Source: Deltaproteobacteria bacterium
Lineage (GTDB): Bacteria; Desulfobacterota; Binatia; UBA12015
DNA length: 64,000 nt
NCBI GenBank assembly: GCA_046583355.1
Contig: JAYGCM010000025.1
Coordinates: 1-64,000, forward strand
Reading direction: 5' to 3'
Positions 1 through 12,080 of the stretch are shown one piece after another. The notes beneath the pieces are model-generated. The model worked only from the letters and a program-made list of their open reading frames with translations. It did not search any database and was not told where the DNA came from. Position numbers and translations under genes: made by a program. The stretch's first letter is position 1; each line of letters starts with the position of its first letter.

Positions 1-1519
1 CAAGGCCCGCCGTCAGGTCGAAATGCGATTTGATGACGGTAATTACGAGCTGCCCTCGCCGATGCTGCTCGACGCATCGCCAGTGTTCGACGATTCGGTC
101 GACGAAGAGACTTTGATTGCCCGCGCTCAGCTTCTCGAAGCGAAGCTGGGAACCTTTGGTGTCGAAGGAGAGGTGAAGGGGATCCACCCCGGTCCGGTCA
201 TCACGACTTATGAATTCGAACCCGCACCTGGCGTGAAGGTCGCACGCATTACGCGCCTCACGGATGATCTCACCATGGCGCTGAGCGCACGGAGCCTGCG
301 CATCGTGGCACCGATCCCCGGGAAATCCGTGGTGGGCATCGAGGTCTCCAACGCCAAGCGCGAGATGGTCGCGATGCGTGATATCGTCTCCGACGATGAT
401 TTCACGTCATCCAAGGGGCATCTCGAACTCGCCTTGGGCCACGACACCACCGGCCTGCCTTTTTGTACGGACCTGGCAAAGATGCCGCATCTTCTCGTCG
501 CGGGTGCGACGGGCGCGGGTAAATCGGTCTTCTTGAACTCGCTGGTTACGAGTCTGCTCCTGCGTTGTACGCCTCGCGATGTCCGGATGGTGCTGATCGA
601 TCCCAAGCAGATCGAGATGGCCCCCTACGAGGATATTCCGCATCTCCTGGTGCCGGTGATCGCGCAGTCCAAGCCCGCCGTGATCGTATTGAATAATCTC
701 GTCGCCGAAATGGAAATTCGGTACAAGATGATCAAGGACAAAGGTGTCCGCAGCATCGACTCCTACAATAAGAAAATTGCGAAGGAAGAGGAGGAGGGCC
801 TCGTCAAGCTCAACGCGGACGGCGAGGAAGAGGTCTCGATTCACCAGCATATGCCGCGCATCGTCGTGATCGTCGACGAATGGGCCGACCTTGTCATGAC
901 ACGCAAAGACGCCGAAGAACCGATCACGTTATTGGCCCAGAAGGCACGCGCCGCCGGCATTCATCTGGTGCTGGCAACCCAGCGTCCCTCGGTGGATGTG
1001 ATCACCGGCATTATCAAGGCAAATTTTCCCGCGCGGATTGCTTTTCAGGTGCGTGCCAAGGTCGATTCGCGCACGATTCTCGACGTTATGGGCGCCGAGC
1101 GCCTTCTGGGGATGGGCGATGTGCTCTTCCTCTCGCCCGGCGTGGGCGGGTTGCGGCGGCTGCACGGCGCCTTCATCTCGGATGACGAAGTCGGGCGCAT
1201 CGTTGAGCATGTGAAAGCGCAGGAAGAGCCGCAATACGAGATGGTGATGATGGAGGATTCCAGCGTCGATGAAGACGGCGGCGGTTCTGGCGGCGGTGGC
1301 GACGAAGAACTGGATACGCTCTACGATAAGGCGCTCGAGATCGTCATCGATTCGGGCAAAACGTCCATCTCGTATCTCCAGCGGCGTCTGCAGATCGGCT
1401 ACAATCGATCGGCACGGATCATCGAGTCCATGGAACGCGAAGGGGCGCTCTCGACTCCCGACCACCGCGGCATGCGTGAGATCACGGCGCCACGGGTCGA
1501 TTACGATAACCCCGAGTAG
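1..1519 (+). CDS. ftsK: DNA translocase FtsK, 5' truncated by window edge
   Basis: Frame is open from the window start. Walker A GATGAGKS, VIVDE Walker B, ATQRPSVDVITG, C-terminal gamma domain (SISYLQRRLQIGYNRSARIIE). Confidence 0.97.
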   Translation, partial: KARRQVEMRFDDGNYELPSPMLLDASPVFDDSVDEETLIARAQLLEAKLGTFGVEGEVKGIHPGPVITTYEFEPAPGVKVARITRLTDDLTMALSARSLRIVAPIPGKSVVGIEVSNAKREMVAMRDIVSDDDFTSSKGHLELALGHDTTGLPFCTDLAKMPHLLVAGATGAGKSVFLNSLVTSLLLRCTPRDVRMVLIDPKQIEMAPYEDIPHLLVPVIAQSKPAVIVLNNLVAEMEIRYKMIKDKGVRSIDSYNKKIAKEEEEGLVKLNADGEEEVSIHQHMPRIVVIVDEWADLVMTRKDAEEPITLLAQKARAAGIHLVLATQRPSVDVITGIIKANFPARIAFQVRAKVDSRTILDVMGAERLLGMGDVLFLSPGVGGLRRLHGAFISDDEVGRIVEHVKAQEEPQYEMVMMEDSSVDEDGGGSGGGGDEELDTLYDKALEIVIDSGKTSISYLQRRLQIGYNRSARIIESMEREGALSTPDHRGMREITAPRVDYDNPE

Positions 1520-1560
1520 CGGCCGGCTTCGTGTAGGATAAGAGCCGAGGCGGATCGGAA

Positions 1561-2271
1561 ATGCGGCAGACGAAACAAGCGGCGACTGGGCAACTCGGCT
1601 GGGGCGTGCTGACCGTGCTGGCCGTGCTGGTTCTTCCGTCGGGTGCATCGGCCACTGAGGTTGGTGTGGCCGCGCCGATCGACGCCGCGGCCACCGCAGC
1701 GCGCGTACAGGCCCGTTACGACGAAACCCGCACGATGAGCGGGCGTTTTGTCCAGGAGGTCGCGTTGGGCGCCAGCGGCCGTGTGCTGCGCTCTGAGGGG
1801 ACGATGCATTTTCGTAAACCCGGCCGTATGCGCTGGGAATATGCCACGCCCGAGCCGCAGACGCTCATCGCCAACGGCGAGACCTTGTGGATCTACCAGC
1901 CCGAGGAAAATCAGGTTTTGCGCGCGAAGCTCGCCGGGGCCTTCGACTCGCAGACGCCGGTATCGTTCCTCTTTGGTGTGGCACGCCTCGAGCGGGATTT
2001 TCGCCCCGAGCTGCTCGCGCCTGCCGCCGATGGCAGCCTGCGGCTCAAATTGGTGCCGAAGAATGCCGCGGAGAATTCCGCTCACGCGCTGGTTTTGGAG
2101 GTCGACCCGGAGTCCTGGGATCTGCGTGCGGCGATTGTGCGCGACGTGCTGGGCAACCAGACCCGCGTGGAATTGCTCGATGTGCAGCGCAACTTGCCGC
2201 TGGCCGATGCGCTCTTCGAGTTCAAGCGTCCGCCGGGTACCGATCTGATCGAGGCGCCGGGCGGCGGCTGA
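1561..2271 (+). CDS. lolA: Outer-membrane lipoprotein carrier LolA
   Basis: Signal peptide; RKPGRMRWEY and LIANGETLWIY motifs; canonical position after ftsK. Confidence 0.9.
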   Translation: MRQTKQAATGQLGWGVLTVLAVLVLPSGASATEVGVAAPIDAAATAARVQARYDETRTMSGRFVQEVALGASGRVLRSEGTMHFRKPGRMRWEYATPEPQTLIANGETLWIYQPEENQVLRAKLAGAFDSQTPVSFLFGVARLERDFRPELLAPAADGSLRLKLVPKNAAENSAHALVLEVDPESWDLRAAIVRDVLGNQTRVELLDVQRNLPLADALFEFKRPPGTDLIEAPGGG

Positions 2272-2359
2272 TCGGACCGGACTCCAATCTTTCGGCTGCT
2301 GCTGTTAGCCTGCAAGCGGCGCCAGGTCACGGCTTGGTGCCAGATTGCGAAGGAAGCCA

Positions 2360-2845
2360 ATGCCATCATTCGATATCGTCTCCACCGTAGATATGCAGGA
2401 AGTCGCCAATGCGTTGCAGCAGGCCAAGCGTGAGGTGGACCAACGCTACGATTTCAAGGGCTCGGATACTGAGCTTGTGCAGGAAGACGAGGGGATCAAG
2501 ATCACCTCGAGCGACGATTATAAGGTGCAGGCCGTGCTCGACGTGCTGCAATCGAAGATGGTGAAGCGTGGCATCGATCTGAAATTTCTCGAATACGAGA
2601 AAATCGAGCCGGCCGCGGGTGGGCGGGCACGCCAGCTGGTGAAGCTCCAAGGCGGGCTCGATCGGGACGCCGCCAGGGAGATCGTAAAACTCATCAAGGC
2701 AGAGAAGCTGAAGGTGCAGGCGCAGGTCCAGGACGATCAGGTGCGGGTTACCGGCAAGAAGCGCGATGATCTGCAGAGCGTGATCAGCCTGCTCAAGGGG
2801 GCCAGCTTCCGGCGTCCGCTGCAATACGTCAATATGCGCGACTGA
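2360..2845 (+). CDS. yajQ: YajQ family nucleotide/c-di-GMP-binding protein
   Basis: MPSFDIVS start, RYDFKG, VRVTGKKRDDLQ; AGGAAG RBS before ATG 2360. Confidence 0.95.
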   Translation: MPSFDIVSTVDMQEVANALQQAKREVDQRYDFKGSDTELVQEDEGIKITSSDDYKVQAVLDVLQSKMVKRGIDLKFLEYEKIEPAAGGRARQLVKLQGGLDRDAAREIVKLIKAEKLKVQAQVQDDQVRVTGKKRDDLQSVISLLKGASFRRPLQYVNMRD

Positions 2846-2862
2846 GGTCTGCGGGGTTGGTA

Positions 2863-2891
2863 TTGACACTGCTGCTCTGAAACCATAAGGT
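2863..2891 (+). promoter_or_regulatory. Putative sigma70 promoter of dksA
   Basis: TTGACA (2863-2868), 17-nt spacer, TAAGGT (2886-2891). Confidence 0.6.
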
Positions 2892-2928
2892 TCCGCGCCG
2901 CCGGGACATCACCGGGTGGTGGTGATCT

Positions 2929-3351
2929 ATGAGAAAAGTCTTTCTGAAGAAGCAGCAAAAATCCCTCCTCGAAACGCGTGAACAGGTGCTCGGCGAGATC
3001 GCGGAAAACGCCAAACAGAGCATCGAGTCCGAGAAGGATGATGGCCGCGATACCTACGATCTCGCCAGCGACGAGCGGGACCGTGATATCGGCATGATTC
3101 TCTCCGGGCGCGATCGCGCCAAGCTCCAACAGATCGATGCCGCTCTGACGCGCATCAACAAGGGCGCGTACGGCGAATGCGAGGAATGCGAACTCGAAAT
3201 CGCCGAAGATCGCCTGAAGGCTCTGCCTTTCAGCCGGCTTTGCGTCATCTGTCAGGCCGACCAGGAGAAGGAAGCGCGCCAGACTCGTCGTCCGGACGAA
3301 GAACGCAGCTATCGCCGCATGGGCGGCGACGGCGAGGAAGCGGGCGAGTAG
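2929..3351 (+). CDS. dksA: DksA/TraR family RNA polymerase-binding protein, C4 zinc finger
   Basis: DxxDxA coiled-coil tip (DTYDLA), YGECEEC...RL.ALP...CVIC. Confidence 0.9.
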   Translation: MRKVFLKKQQKSLLETREQVLGEIAENAKQSIESEKDDGRDTYDLASDERDRDIGMILSGRDRAKLQQIDAALTRINKGAYGECEECELEIAEDRLKALPFSRLCVICQADQEKEARQTRRPDEERSYRRMGGDGEEAGE

Positions 3352-3424
3352 GTCCGCAACCGCGCCCACGCGATCGGAACGGCGTTTTATTTCGGTCCTA
3401 GGGTGGCTCGTGCCGTTATACGAC

Positions 3425-3453
3425 TTGACAGATTCGCCGCAAAATACTAGCTT
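3425..3453 (+). promoter_or_regulatory. Putative sigma70 promoter of the kinase-like/folE operon
   Basis: TTGACA (3425-3430), 17-nt spacer, TAGCTT (3448-3453). Confidence 0.6.
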
Positions 3454-3592
3454 CTGGGTGTTCCCGGTAGTACGGTGTAGTTGAAACCCGGTTCTCCACA
3501 GGCAAGCTTATATTGTTTGCCGCTTGGGCAGTTGGGGTTCGGCAAATCCGTGACACCGGATTGGTTCTTGATCCTGGAGGGGTGCCCGAGTC

Positions 3593-4705
3593 ATGCAGGA
3601 AAATCTTCCCGATAAGCAGACCATGGCCGAAATGCTTGATGGCTATGGCTTTGGTCGTATTCAATCCGTTTCGCAGGCGCCCTCGGCGTGGTCGCCAAAC
3701 ACCCTGGGGCGCCGCGATCTTCTGGTCGCGGCCGGCCGGCGTAAATATATCGTTCGCTTTGAGGCCAACCGCGCTGAAATTGATGTACGGCGCGAAGTCG
3801 ACCTGCAGGTTTTCCTCAACAAAAACGGCTTTCCCTGCCCGCAGCCCTTGCCCGACAAAAGCAGCCGTCATCTGAAGGCTTTCGGCAATGAGCTCGTCGT
3901 GGCCTACCGCCATATCGACGGCCGCGAGCGGCGCTCGGCGGAGTTGAAGCCGGTGCAGGTCGGGAATATCGGCCGTTCCCTCGCCGAGTTGCATGTCATC
4001 GGCAAGGGCTACAAAAAGGGTATCGACTCGCGCTTCAGCTACGAGCTGGTCGCGCAATCGTATTTCGATATCCGCGACTCTTTGCCGCCCTATTTCAAGA
4101 AGATCAAACGCGCACTTGATGAAGAGGTCGAGTATCTAGGGGCCTATCTTGAGGGCAAGCTACCCAAGGGTGTGATCCACGGCGAAATGCTCGACGCGGG
4201 AATACTCATCAAGGGCGAGCGCCTGGTGGGCGTACTCAATTTCGCTGCGGCCTGCCGCGGCAAGCTGATCTACGATCTGGCCTGCGCGGTCAATGCGGTC
4301 TGCTTCCTGGACAATGCCTACGATCTCAAACGCTTCGAGACGGTCATTGCCGGCTATGAGGAACTGCGCACGCTCTCGCTGGCCGAGTGGGATTCCTTCC
4401 CCAACGAATTGCGCTTCTCGGCGTTGCGCTTCGCGGTCGCCTTCCTCGTCGACCTGACCCGGCTGCCGGATGCCGGGAATCGATTGGCGGCGATCACCGA
4501 AGAGCGGGTCGGCGATTTCGACCCCGAAGATCCGATCTCGCGAAAAATGATCGGCTTCGATCAGTATTTCGCGCGTCTTTCCATCCTGCGCCGCGAGCGC
4601 GATGGTGGCATGGAGCCGCTGCTGCTTGCGATGGCGACGGGCTACGATTATCGGCGCTATCAGAAGGTCAAAGCCATCACGCGTGAGGCCAGGGCAGCCA
4701 AATAG
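3593..4705 (+). CDS. Homoserine kinase type II / APH-fold protein with degenerate catalytic motifs (probable pseudokinase)
   Basis: ThrB-II-like segments GFPCPQP, IGRSLAELH, LPKGVIHG, IYDLA, LRF. The Brenner motif reads HGEMLDAG instead of HxDxxxxN, and the DF motif reads NF. Confidence 0.8.
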   Translation: MQENLPDKQTMAEMLDGYGFGRIQSVSQAPSAWSPNTLGRRDLLVAAGRRKYIVRFEANRAEIDVRREVDLQVFLNKNGFPCPQPLPDKSSRHLKAFGNELVVAYRHIDGRERRSAELKPVQVGNIGRSLAELHVIGKGYKKGIDSRFSYELVAQSYFDIRDSLPPYFKKIKRALDEEVEYLGAYLEGKLPKGVIHGEMLDAGILIKGERLVGVLNFAAACRGKLIYDLACAVNAVCFLDNAYDLKRFETVIAGYEELRTLSLAEWDSFPNELRFSALRFAVAFLVDLTRLPDAGNRLAAITEERVGDFDPEDPISRKMIGFDQYFARLSILRRERDGGMEPLLLAMATGYDYRRYQKVKAITREARAAK

Positions 4706-4744
4706 GCTCCCAAGCCAGGCCACGCAGACAGGATCCGTTCAGTC

Positions 4745-5296
4745 ATGGAAGAGCAGTTTCGCGCCATTCTCAAGGCGCTCGGAGAAGACCCCGAACGCGA
4801 AGGTTTGCGGAAGACCCCCGCGCGCTGCGCCAAGTCGCTGCTGGAGCTCACCCGCGGCTACGCCGAGGACCCGGAGACGATCATCAACGGAGCACTCTTC
4901 ACGGAAGAGTATTCCGAGATGATCATCATGAAGGATATCGACTTCTTCTCCCTCTGCGAGCACCATATGCTGCCGTTTTTTGGCAAGGCGCATATCGCCT
5001 ATCTGCCCAGCGGCAAAATTGTCGGAATCTCCAAGCTGGCACGGCTTGTCGATGTTTTTGCGCGGCGCCTCCAGGTGCAGGAGCGTATGACGACGCAGAT
5101 CGCGGAAATTCTCATGAAGAAGCTCGGTGCGGAGGGGGTAGCGGTCGTGGTCGAGGCAGAGCATCTCTGCATGCGGATGCGCGGTGTCGAGAAGCAGAAT
5201 TCCTACGTTGTAACCTCCTCCATGCTCGGTGTTTTTCGCGAGCGGCGCGAAACCCGGGAGGAGTTCATGAATCTCCTCGGCCAAAGGCGCCGATGA
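4745..5296 (+). CDS. folE: GTP cyclohydrolase I
   Basis: [36 protein letters not shown]. Confidence 0.97.
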   Translation: MEEQFRAILKALGEDPEREGLRKTPARCAKSLLELTRGYAEDPETIINGALFTEEYSEMIIMKDIDFFSLCEHHMLPFFGKAHIAYLPSGKIVGISKLARLVDVFARRLQVQERMTTQIAEILMKKLGAEGVAVVVEAEHLCMRMRGVEKQNSYVVTSSMLGVFRERRETREEFMNLLGQRRR

Positions 5297-5501
5297 GCGT
5301 GTGGGAGCGCTCCTCGCGCTTCTCCTGACTAGCGCCACCGCGTCCCCGGCAGCTCGCGAACTCCGTGAGTCGCGGGTGCCACGACCAACCGCGGTGCAGA
5401 GATCGATCTCAACCGCCGGCTTGCAGCGGTGCTTTCGTTACGCGAAGCTCGGAGGCCCGGGCGGATTGCGCGGGCAGTGTTCCAAGCGAGGGGTTTTGAC
5501 T

Positions 5502-6116
5502 ATGATGAAGACAGGAATCCGCCTTCTGGTGCCGGTGCTGATGCTGGCCGTTTCTGCCTGCAGCGCGCAGCGGGCCATTGTCGATTTTGATCCGAACGAG
5601 AATTACGCGGCGCTCAAGACCTGGGCCTGGATACCGCGCGAGGCCAAGAGCGTCGAGAATCTGAAAGATCGAAATGATCTTATCAAGCGCCGGATCGAAT
5701 CTTCCATCCGTGAGGATCTGACGACCAAGGGCTATCGCAAGGTCTACGAGCAGGAGGCGGATTTCTTCGTCGCCTACGATACCGTCGTCGACGAAAAGGC
5801 CGATGTGCGGACCACGGGTGGTGGCTACGTCGGAGGCTACGGCTACCCCTACGGAGGCTACGGCTATGGCCGCTACGCGGGCTACGGCTACGGTCGCTAC
5901 GGCGGCTACGGCGTCTCGATCCCGCCGTCGACCGTCGTGCGCAAGTACAAGGAAGGCACGCTGATCATCGACCTCCTCGACCCCCGCGACAAGGAGCTCT
6001 TCTGGCGCGGCCATGCCTCGACGAAGCTCTCAAAAAGGCCGACTCCGCAGGATACCACGACGAAGATCCGGGAGACCGTCGCCGAAATCCTGCAACATTT
6101 CCCTCCGGGCTCCTGA
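5502..6116 (+). CDS. DUF4136-type lipoprotein
   Basis: Lipobox (VSAC); YKEGTLIIDLLD...LFWRG; Gly/Tyr-rich insert; GAGGGG upstream of ATG 5502. Confidence 0.8.
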   Translation: MMKTGIRLLVPVLMLAVSACSAQRAIVDFDPNENYAALKTWAWIPREAKSVENLKDRNDLIKRRIESSIREDLTTKGYRKVYEQEADFFVAYDTVVDEKADVRTTGGGYVGGYGYPYGGYGYGRYAGYGYGRYGGYGVSIPPSTVVRKYKEGTLIIDLLDPRDKELFWRGHASTKLSKRPTPQDTTTKIRETVAEILQHFPPGS

Positions 6117-6133
6117 CGCGGCGGCCCCCGGCC

Positions 6134-7906
6134 TCAGAAGCTCCACCAGGGGAAGTCGGTCTTGCCGCGTGGGGCGATCTCGACGTTGAAGCGGTCGAGG
6201 ATGGAGCCTTGGGAGCGTTCGAAGCGGGCCAATGAGTTGTTGTAATCGATGACGGAGCGGATCTCGGCCAGTTTCGAGCTGGCGACGTCGTTCTGGAATT
6301 TGAGCAGATCCGTCGTTGTGGCCATGCCGACATCGTAGCGCTTGGATTGGTTGCGTAGGTTCTCTTCGCTGAACTCGCGCGCCACGCGGGTGGCCTTCAT
6401 CCGCTCCAGATTCGATGTCAGATCGCCGAGGGATTGGCTGACGTCGAGTGCGATATCCGAGACTTGTTGGCGGTAGCGCGCGGCCATTTGTTCGCGCACG
6501 ATGCGGGCTTGGCGGAAGTTGGCCTGGGCGCCGGCGTTGCCGATCGCCACCTCGATGCGCACGCCGGCGGCGTAGGAGTAGTTGCGCCCGTCGATCATGC
6601 GGTTCAGGGACTGGCTGTAGCTGCCGGCGAAGTCCTGGTTATAGGGCTGGCCGGAGAAGGGGTTGTCGCCCGTGCGCACCACGCCGCCCAGACCGTTCAC
6701 ACCGCCCATGCCGTAGATATCCACCTGCGGCAGGAGTTGGTTCTTGTTCATGGCGACGTTGAGTTCGCCGGTGCGTACGGCAAGGCGCGCTGCGTGGATT
6801 TCCGGGCGCTCGGCCATTGCGGTTTCAATGGCGGCCTCTAATCCAGGCACCTCGCGTTCGGCATGGGTGGGGTTCTCGATCGGCGTTACGCGGCGCGGGA
6901 AGAACTCGCTTTGGCCCGGCAGGTAGACGAGGTTCTGAAGATCGCGTTGGGCATGCTCAAGTTGGTTGGCGGCGACGATGACTTCTTCGTGGCGTCGTGC
7001 AGCCTCGGCCTGGCTCTCCTTCACCGCCACGGGCGGCAATACTCCTACGTCGACGCGCGTGCGGTTGTCGCGCACGGTCTTCAGGGCGAGTTCATAGGAG
7101 CCTTGCAGGACGTCGCGTGTCTCGGTCGCGAGCACCACGCGCCAATAGGCGCGGATCACCAGGGTGATGAAGTCGGCTACGTTGGCGCGGTAGCTCTCGA
7201 TGGCGGCTTCGGTGGCCGTCTCGGCAAGTTTGATGCGCAGGGTGGAGAAATAGAGGCCGAAGTTGCGCAGCAGGGGTTGCGCGATGGTGATGGACGCTTC
7301 GGGTGTCAGCGTCGGGTTGAGGTCGAAGAAGGTATTGTCGGTTTTGAAACGGCTATTGGTCCAGACCGCCTCGACCATAGCGCCGGAGCGCAGCATCTTC
7401 TTCAGCGAGAAATCCCAATTGGCGTAGTTCTGCTGGACCAGATTGGCGCCCTGCAGCAGGCTGGAGGAGGGCTCGGTGGCTCGCCCGAAGTTGAGATCGG
7501 CACCGAGTATCGGATCGAATTGCGCGGTTGCCGCGAGAATCCCTTGTTCTTGAAATAGCGGAGTCAGCGACTCGCTGAGCAGGGCCGGGTTGTTCGCCAG
7601 GGAGGTCATCACGGCCGCGCGCAGCGTCATCTCGGCCGGCCCCAGCATCGTGCCGGGGATATGAGGGCGCGGTTGAGGCCGGGCGGGGTACTCCCATTGC
7701 GCGCGCAGCGTCGCCCAGACCGAGGGGTTGCGGGTGAGAGCCGCCTTATCCTGGTCTGTCGCTCCGGGAACGAGCAGCGGAGTTGCGTTTTTTTCTTCCG
7801 TGCTCTTGTCTTCTTCCGCAGCCAGCACGGGTGCTGCGAGGAGCAGCAGAGCGAGCGCCGCGGCGAGATGAGCACGGCCCTTCAGCCGAACATCCTCTAA
7901 TACCAC
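6134..7906 (-). CDS. TolC/OEP family outer-membrane efflux protein
   Basis: Signal peptide; two OEP repeats (QPLLRNFG, RPEI...LLPQVD, RYDVGMATTTDLL). Start uncertain. Confidence 0.9.
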   Translation of the reverse strand: MVLEDVRLKGRAHLAAALALLLLAAPVLAAEEDKSTEEKNATPLLVPGATDQDKAALTRNPSVWATLRAQWEYPARPQPRPHIPGTMLGPAEMTLRAAVMTSLANNPALLSESLTPLFQEQGILAATAQFDPILGADLNFGRATEPSSSLLQGANLVQQNYANWDFSLKKMLRSGAMVEAVWTNSRFKTDNTFFDLNPTLTPEASITIAQPLLRNFGLYFSTLRIKLAETATEAAIESYRANVADFITLVIRAYWRVVLATETRDVLQGSYELALKTVRDNRTRVDVGVLPPVAVKESQAEAARRHEEVIVAANQLEHAQRDLQNLVYLPGQSEFFPRRVTPIENPTHAEREVPGLEAAIETAMAERPEIHAARLAVRTGELNVAMNKNQLLPQVDIYGMGGVNGLGGVVRTGDNPFSGQPYNQDFAGSYSQSLNRMIDGRNYSYAAGVRIEVAIGNAGAQANFRQARIVREQMAARYRQQVSDIALDVSQSLGDLTSNLERMKATRVAREFSEENLRNQSKRYDVGMATTTDLLKFQNDVASSKLAEIRSVIDYNNSLARFERSQGSILDRFNVEIAPRGKTDFPWWSF

Positions 7907-8130
7907 GCTTTTCGGCTACAGCCGGCCCGAGTGCATGTCAATTGATTGTGGGCGCCCTGATCCTCGCTTCGGGCGGGCCTCCTGCTTGACCGACTTCCGG
8001 GGTCTGCTAGCCCCACAAGGGCCCTAGCGTTGGAGCGGTCTTCCTTTTGTGGAAGGCTGCATGTGCGCTACCCGAGAAGGCCGGTTGCATTGCCGCAGCC
8101 GGGGGCCGCTTTGAGGTTGGTATATATCCG

Positions 8131-11044
<2,914 letters not shown>

Positions 11045-11147
11045 GCGCGCTGGCTTGTGGCTTGCGGAGGGAGTCTGCCAGTTTCTCGCGAGCGGCCGGC
11101 GGATGGAACGATTGAATGTGCAAGGCGAGAGCGGTAGGTCGGAGGAG

Positions 11148-12080
11148 ATGTCCGCCGCCGTCGTGACGAAGGATCTGCGTCGTACCTACGACGGCCGTGA
11201 GGCTGTCCGCGGCATCTCGCTCTCGATTCCCCAAGGCGAGATCTTCGGCCTGCTGGGGCCCAATGGTGCCGGCAAGACGACCACGCTCTCGATGATCTCG
11301 ACGCGGATCTGGCCGACTTCGGGCGATGCCTGGGTCTGCGGCAAGCATGTCGTCAAAGAGGTCCATAGGGCACGGCGCTTTCTCAACGTCGCGCCGCAGG
11401 AAGAGGCGCATTATCCGACCCTGACGGCCGAGGAGAATCTGCAATTCTTTGCCCGTCTCTACGGTGTGCCCAGCTCCGAGCGCGCCGAGCGAGTCGAGAA
11501 GGCGCTTGCGGTCGTCGAGTTGCAGGGCCGGCGCCACGACCGCGTGGGTACCTTCTCGGGCGGCATGCGCCGGCGGCTGAACCTCGGTTGCGCGCTGGTC
11601 TCCGCACCGCGCGTTCTGCTTCTCGACGAGCCGACGGTCGGCGTCGACCCGCAATCTCGCGCACATATTTTTGAAGCCGTTCGCAAGCTGCGCGAGGACG
11701 GCTTGACGATTCTCTATACGACGCATTATCTGGCCGAAGCCGAGGAGCTTTGCGACCGCATCGGCGTCATTGATGAAGGGAAAATCGTGGCGCTGGGCAC
11801 CATCCCGGAGCTATTGGCCGGCTCGAAAACACGCGAGGTCGTCGAGTTGCGCTTCGAGCACGAGATGCACGCCTTGCCGCTCGCTGAGAACCACCCGGCC
11901 GCCGAGAAGGTCGAGTTCCATGGCCCGCTGGTCCGCATTCACGCGCGCCACGCCGAGCCGCTCCTGGCGACCCTCTGCGCGCCTGGCGCGTTGGACGAGA
12001 AGATCGTGCAGATCAAGGTGACTCCGGTGTCTCTTGAGACCATTTTCCTGGAAATCACCGGCAAGGAGTTGCGCGATTGA
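11148..12080 (+). CDS. ABC-2 (DrrA/NodI-like) exporter ATP-binding subunit
   Basis: GPNGAGKTT, FSGGMRRRL, LLLDEPT, TTHY; GGAGGAG RBS before ATG 11148. Confidence 0.93.
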   Translation: MSAAVVTKDLRRTYDGREAVRGISLSIPQGEIFGLLGPNGAGKTTTLSMISTRIWPTSGDAWVCGKHVVKEVHRARRFLNVAPQEEAHYPTLTAEENLQFFARLYGVPSSERAERVEKALAVVELQGRRHDRVGTFSGGMRRRLNLGCALVSAPRVLLLDEPTVGVDPQSRAHIFEAVRKLREDGLTILYTTHYLAEAEELCDRIGVIDEGKIVALGTIPELLAGSKTREVVELRFEHEMHALPLAENHPAAEKVEFHGPLVRIHARHAEPLLATLCAPGALDEKIVQIKVTPVSLETIFLEITGKELRD

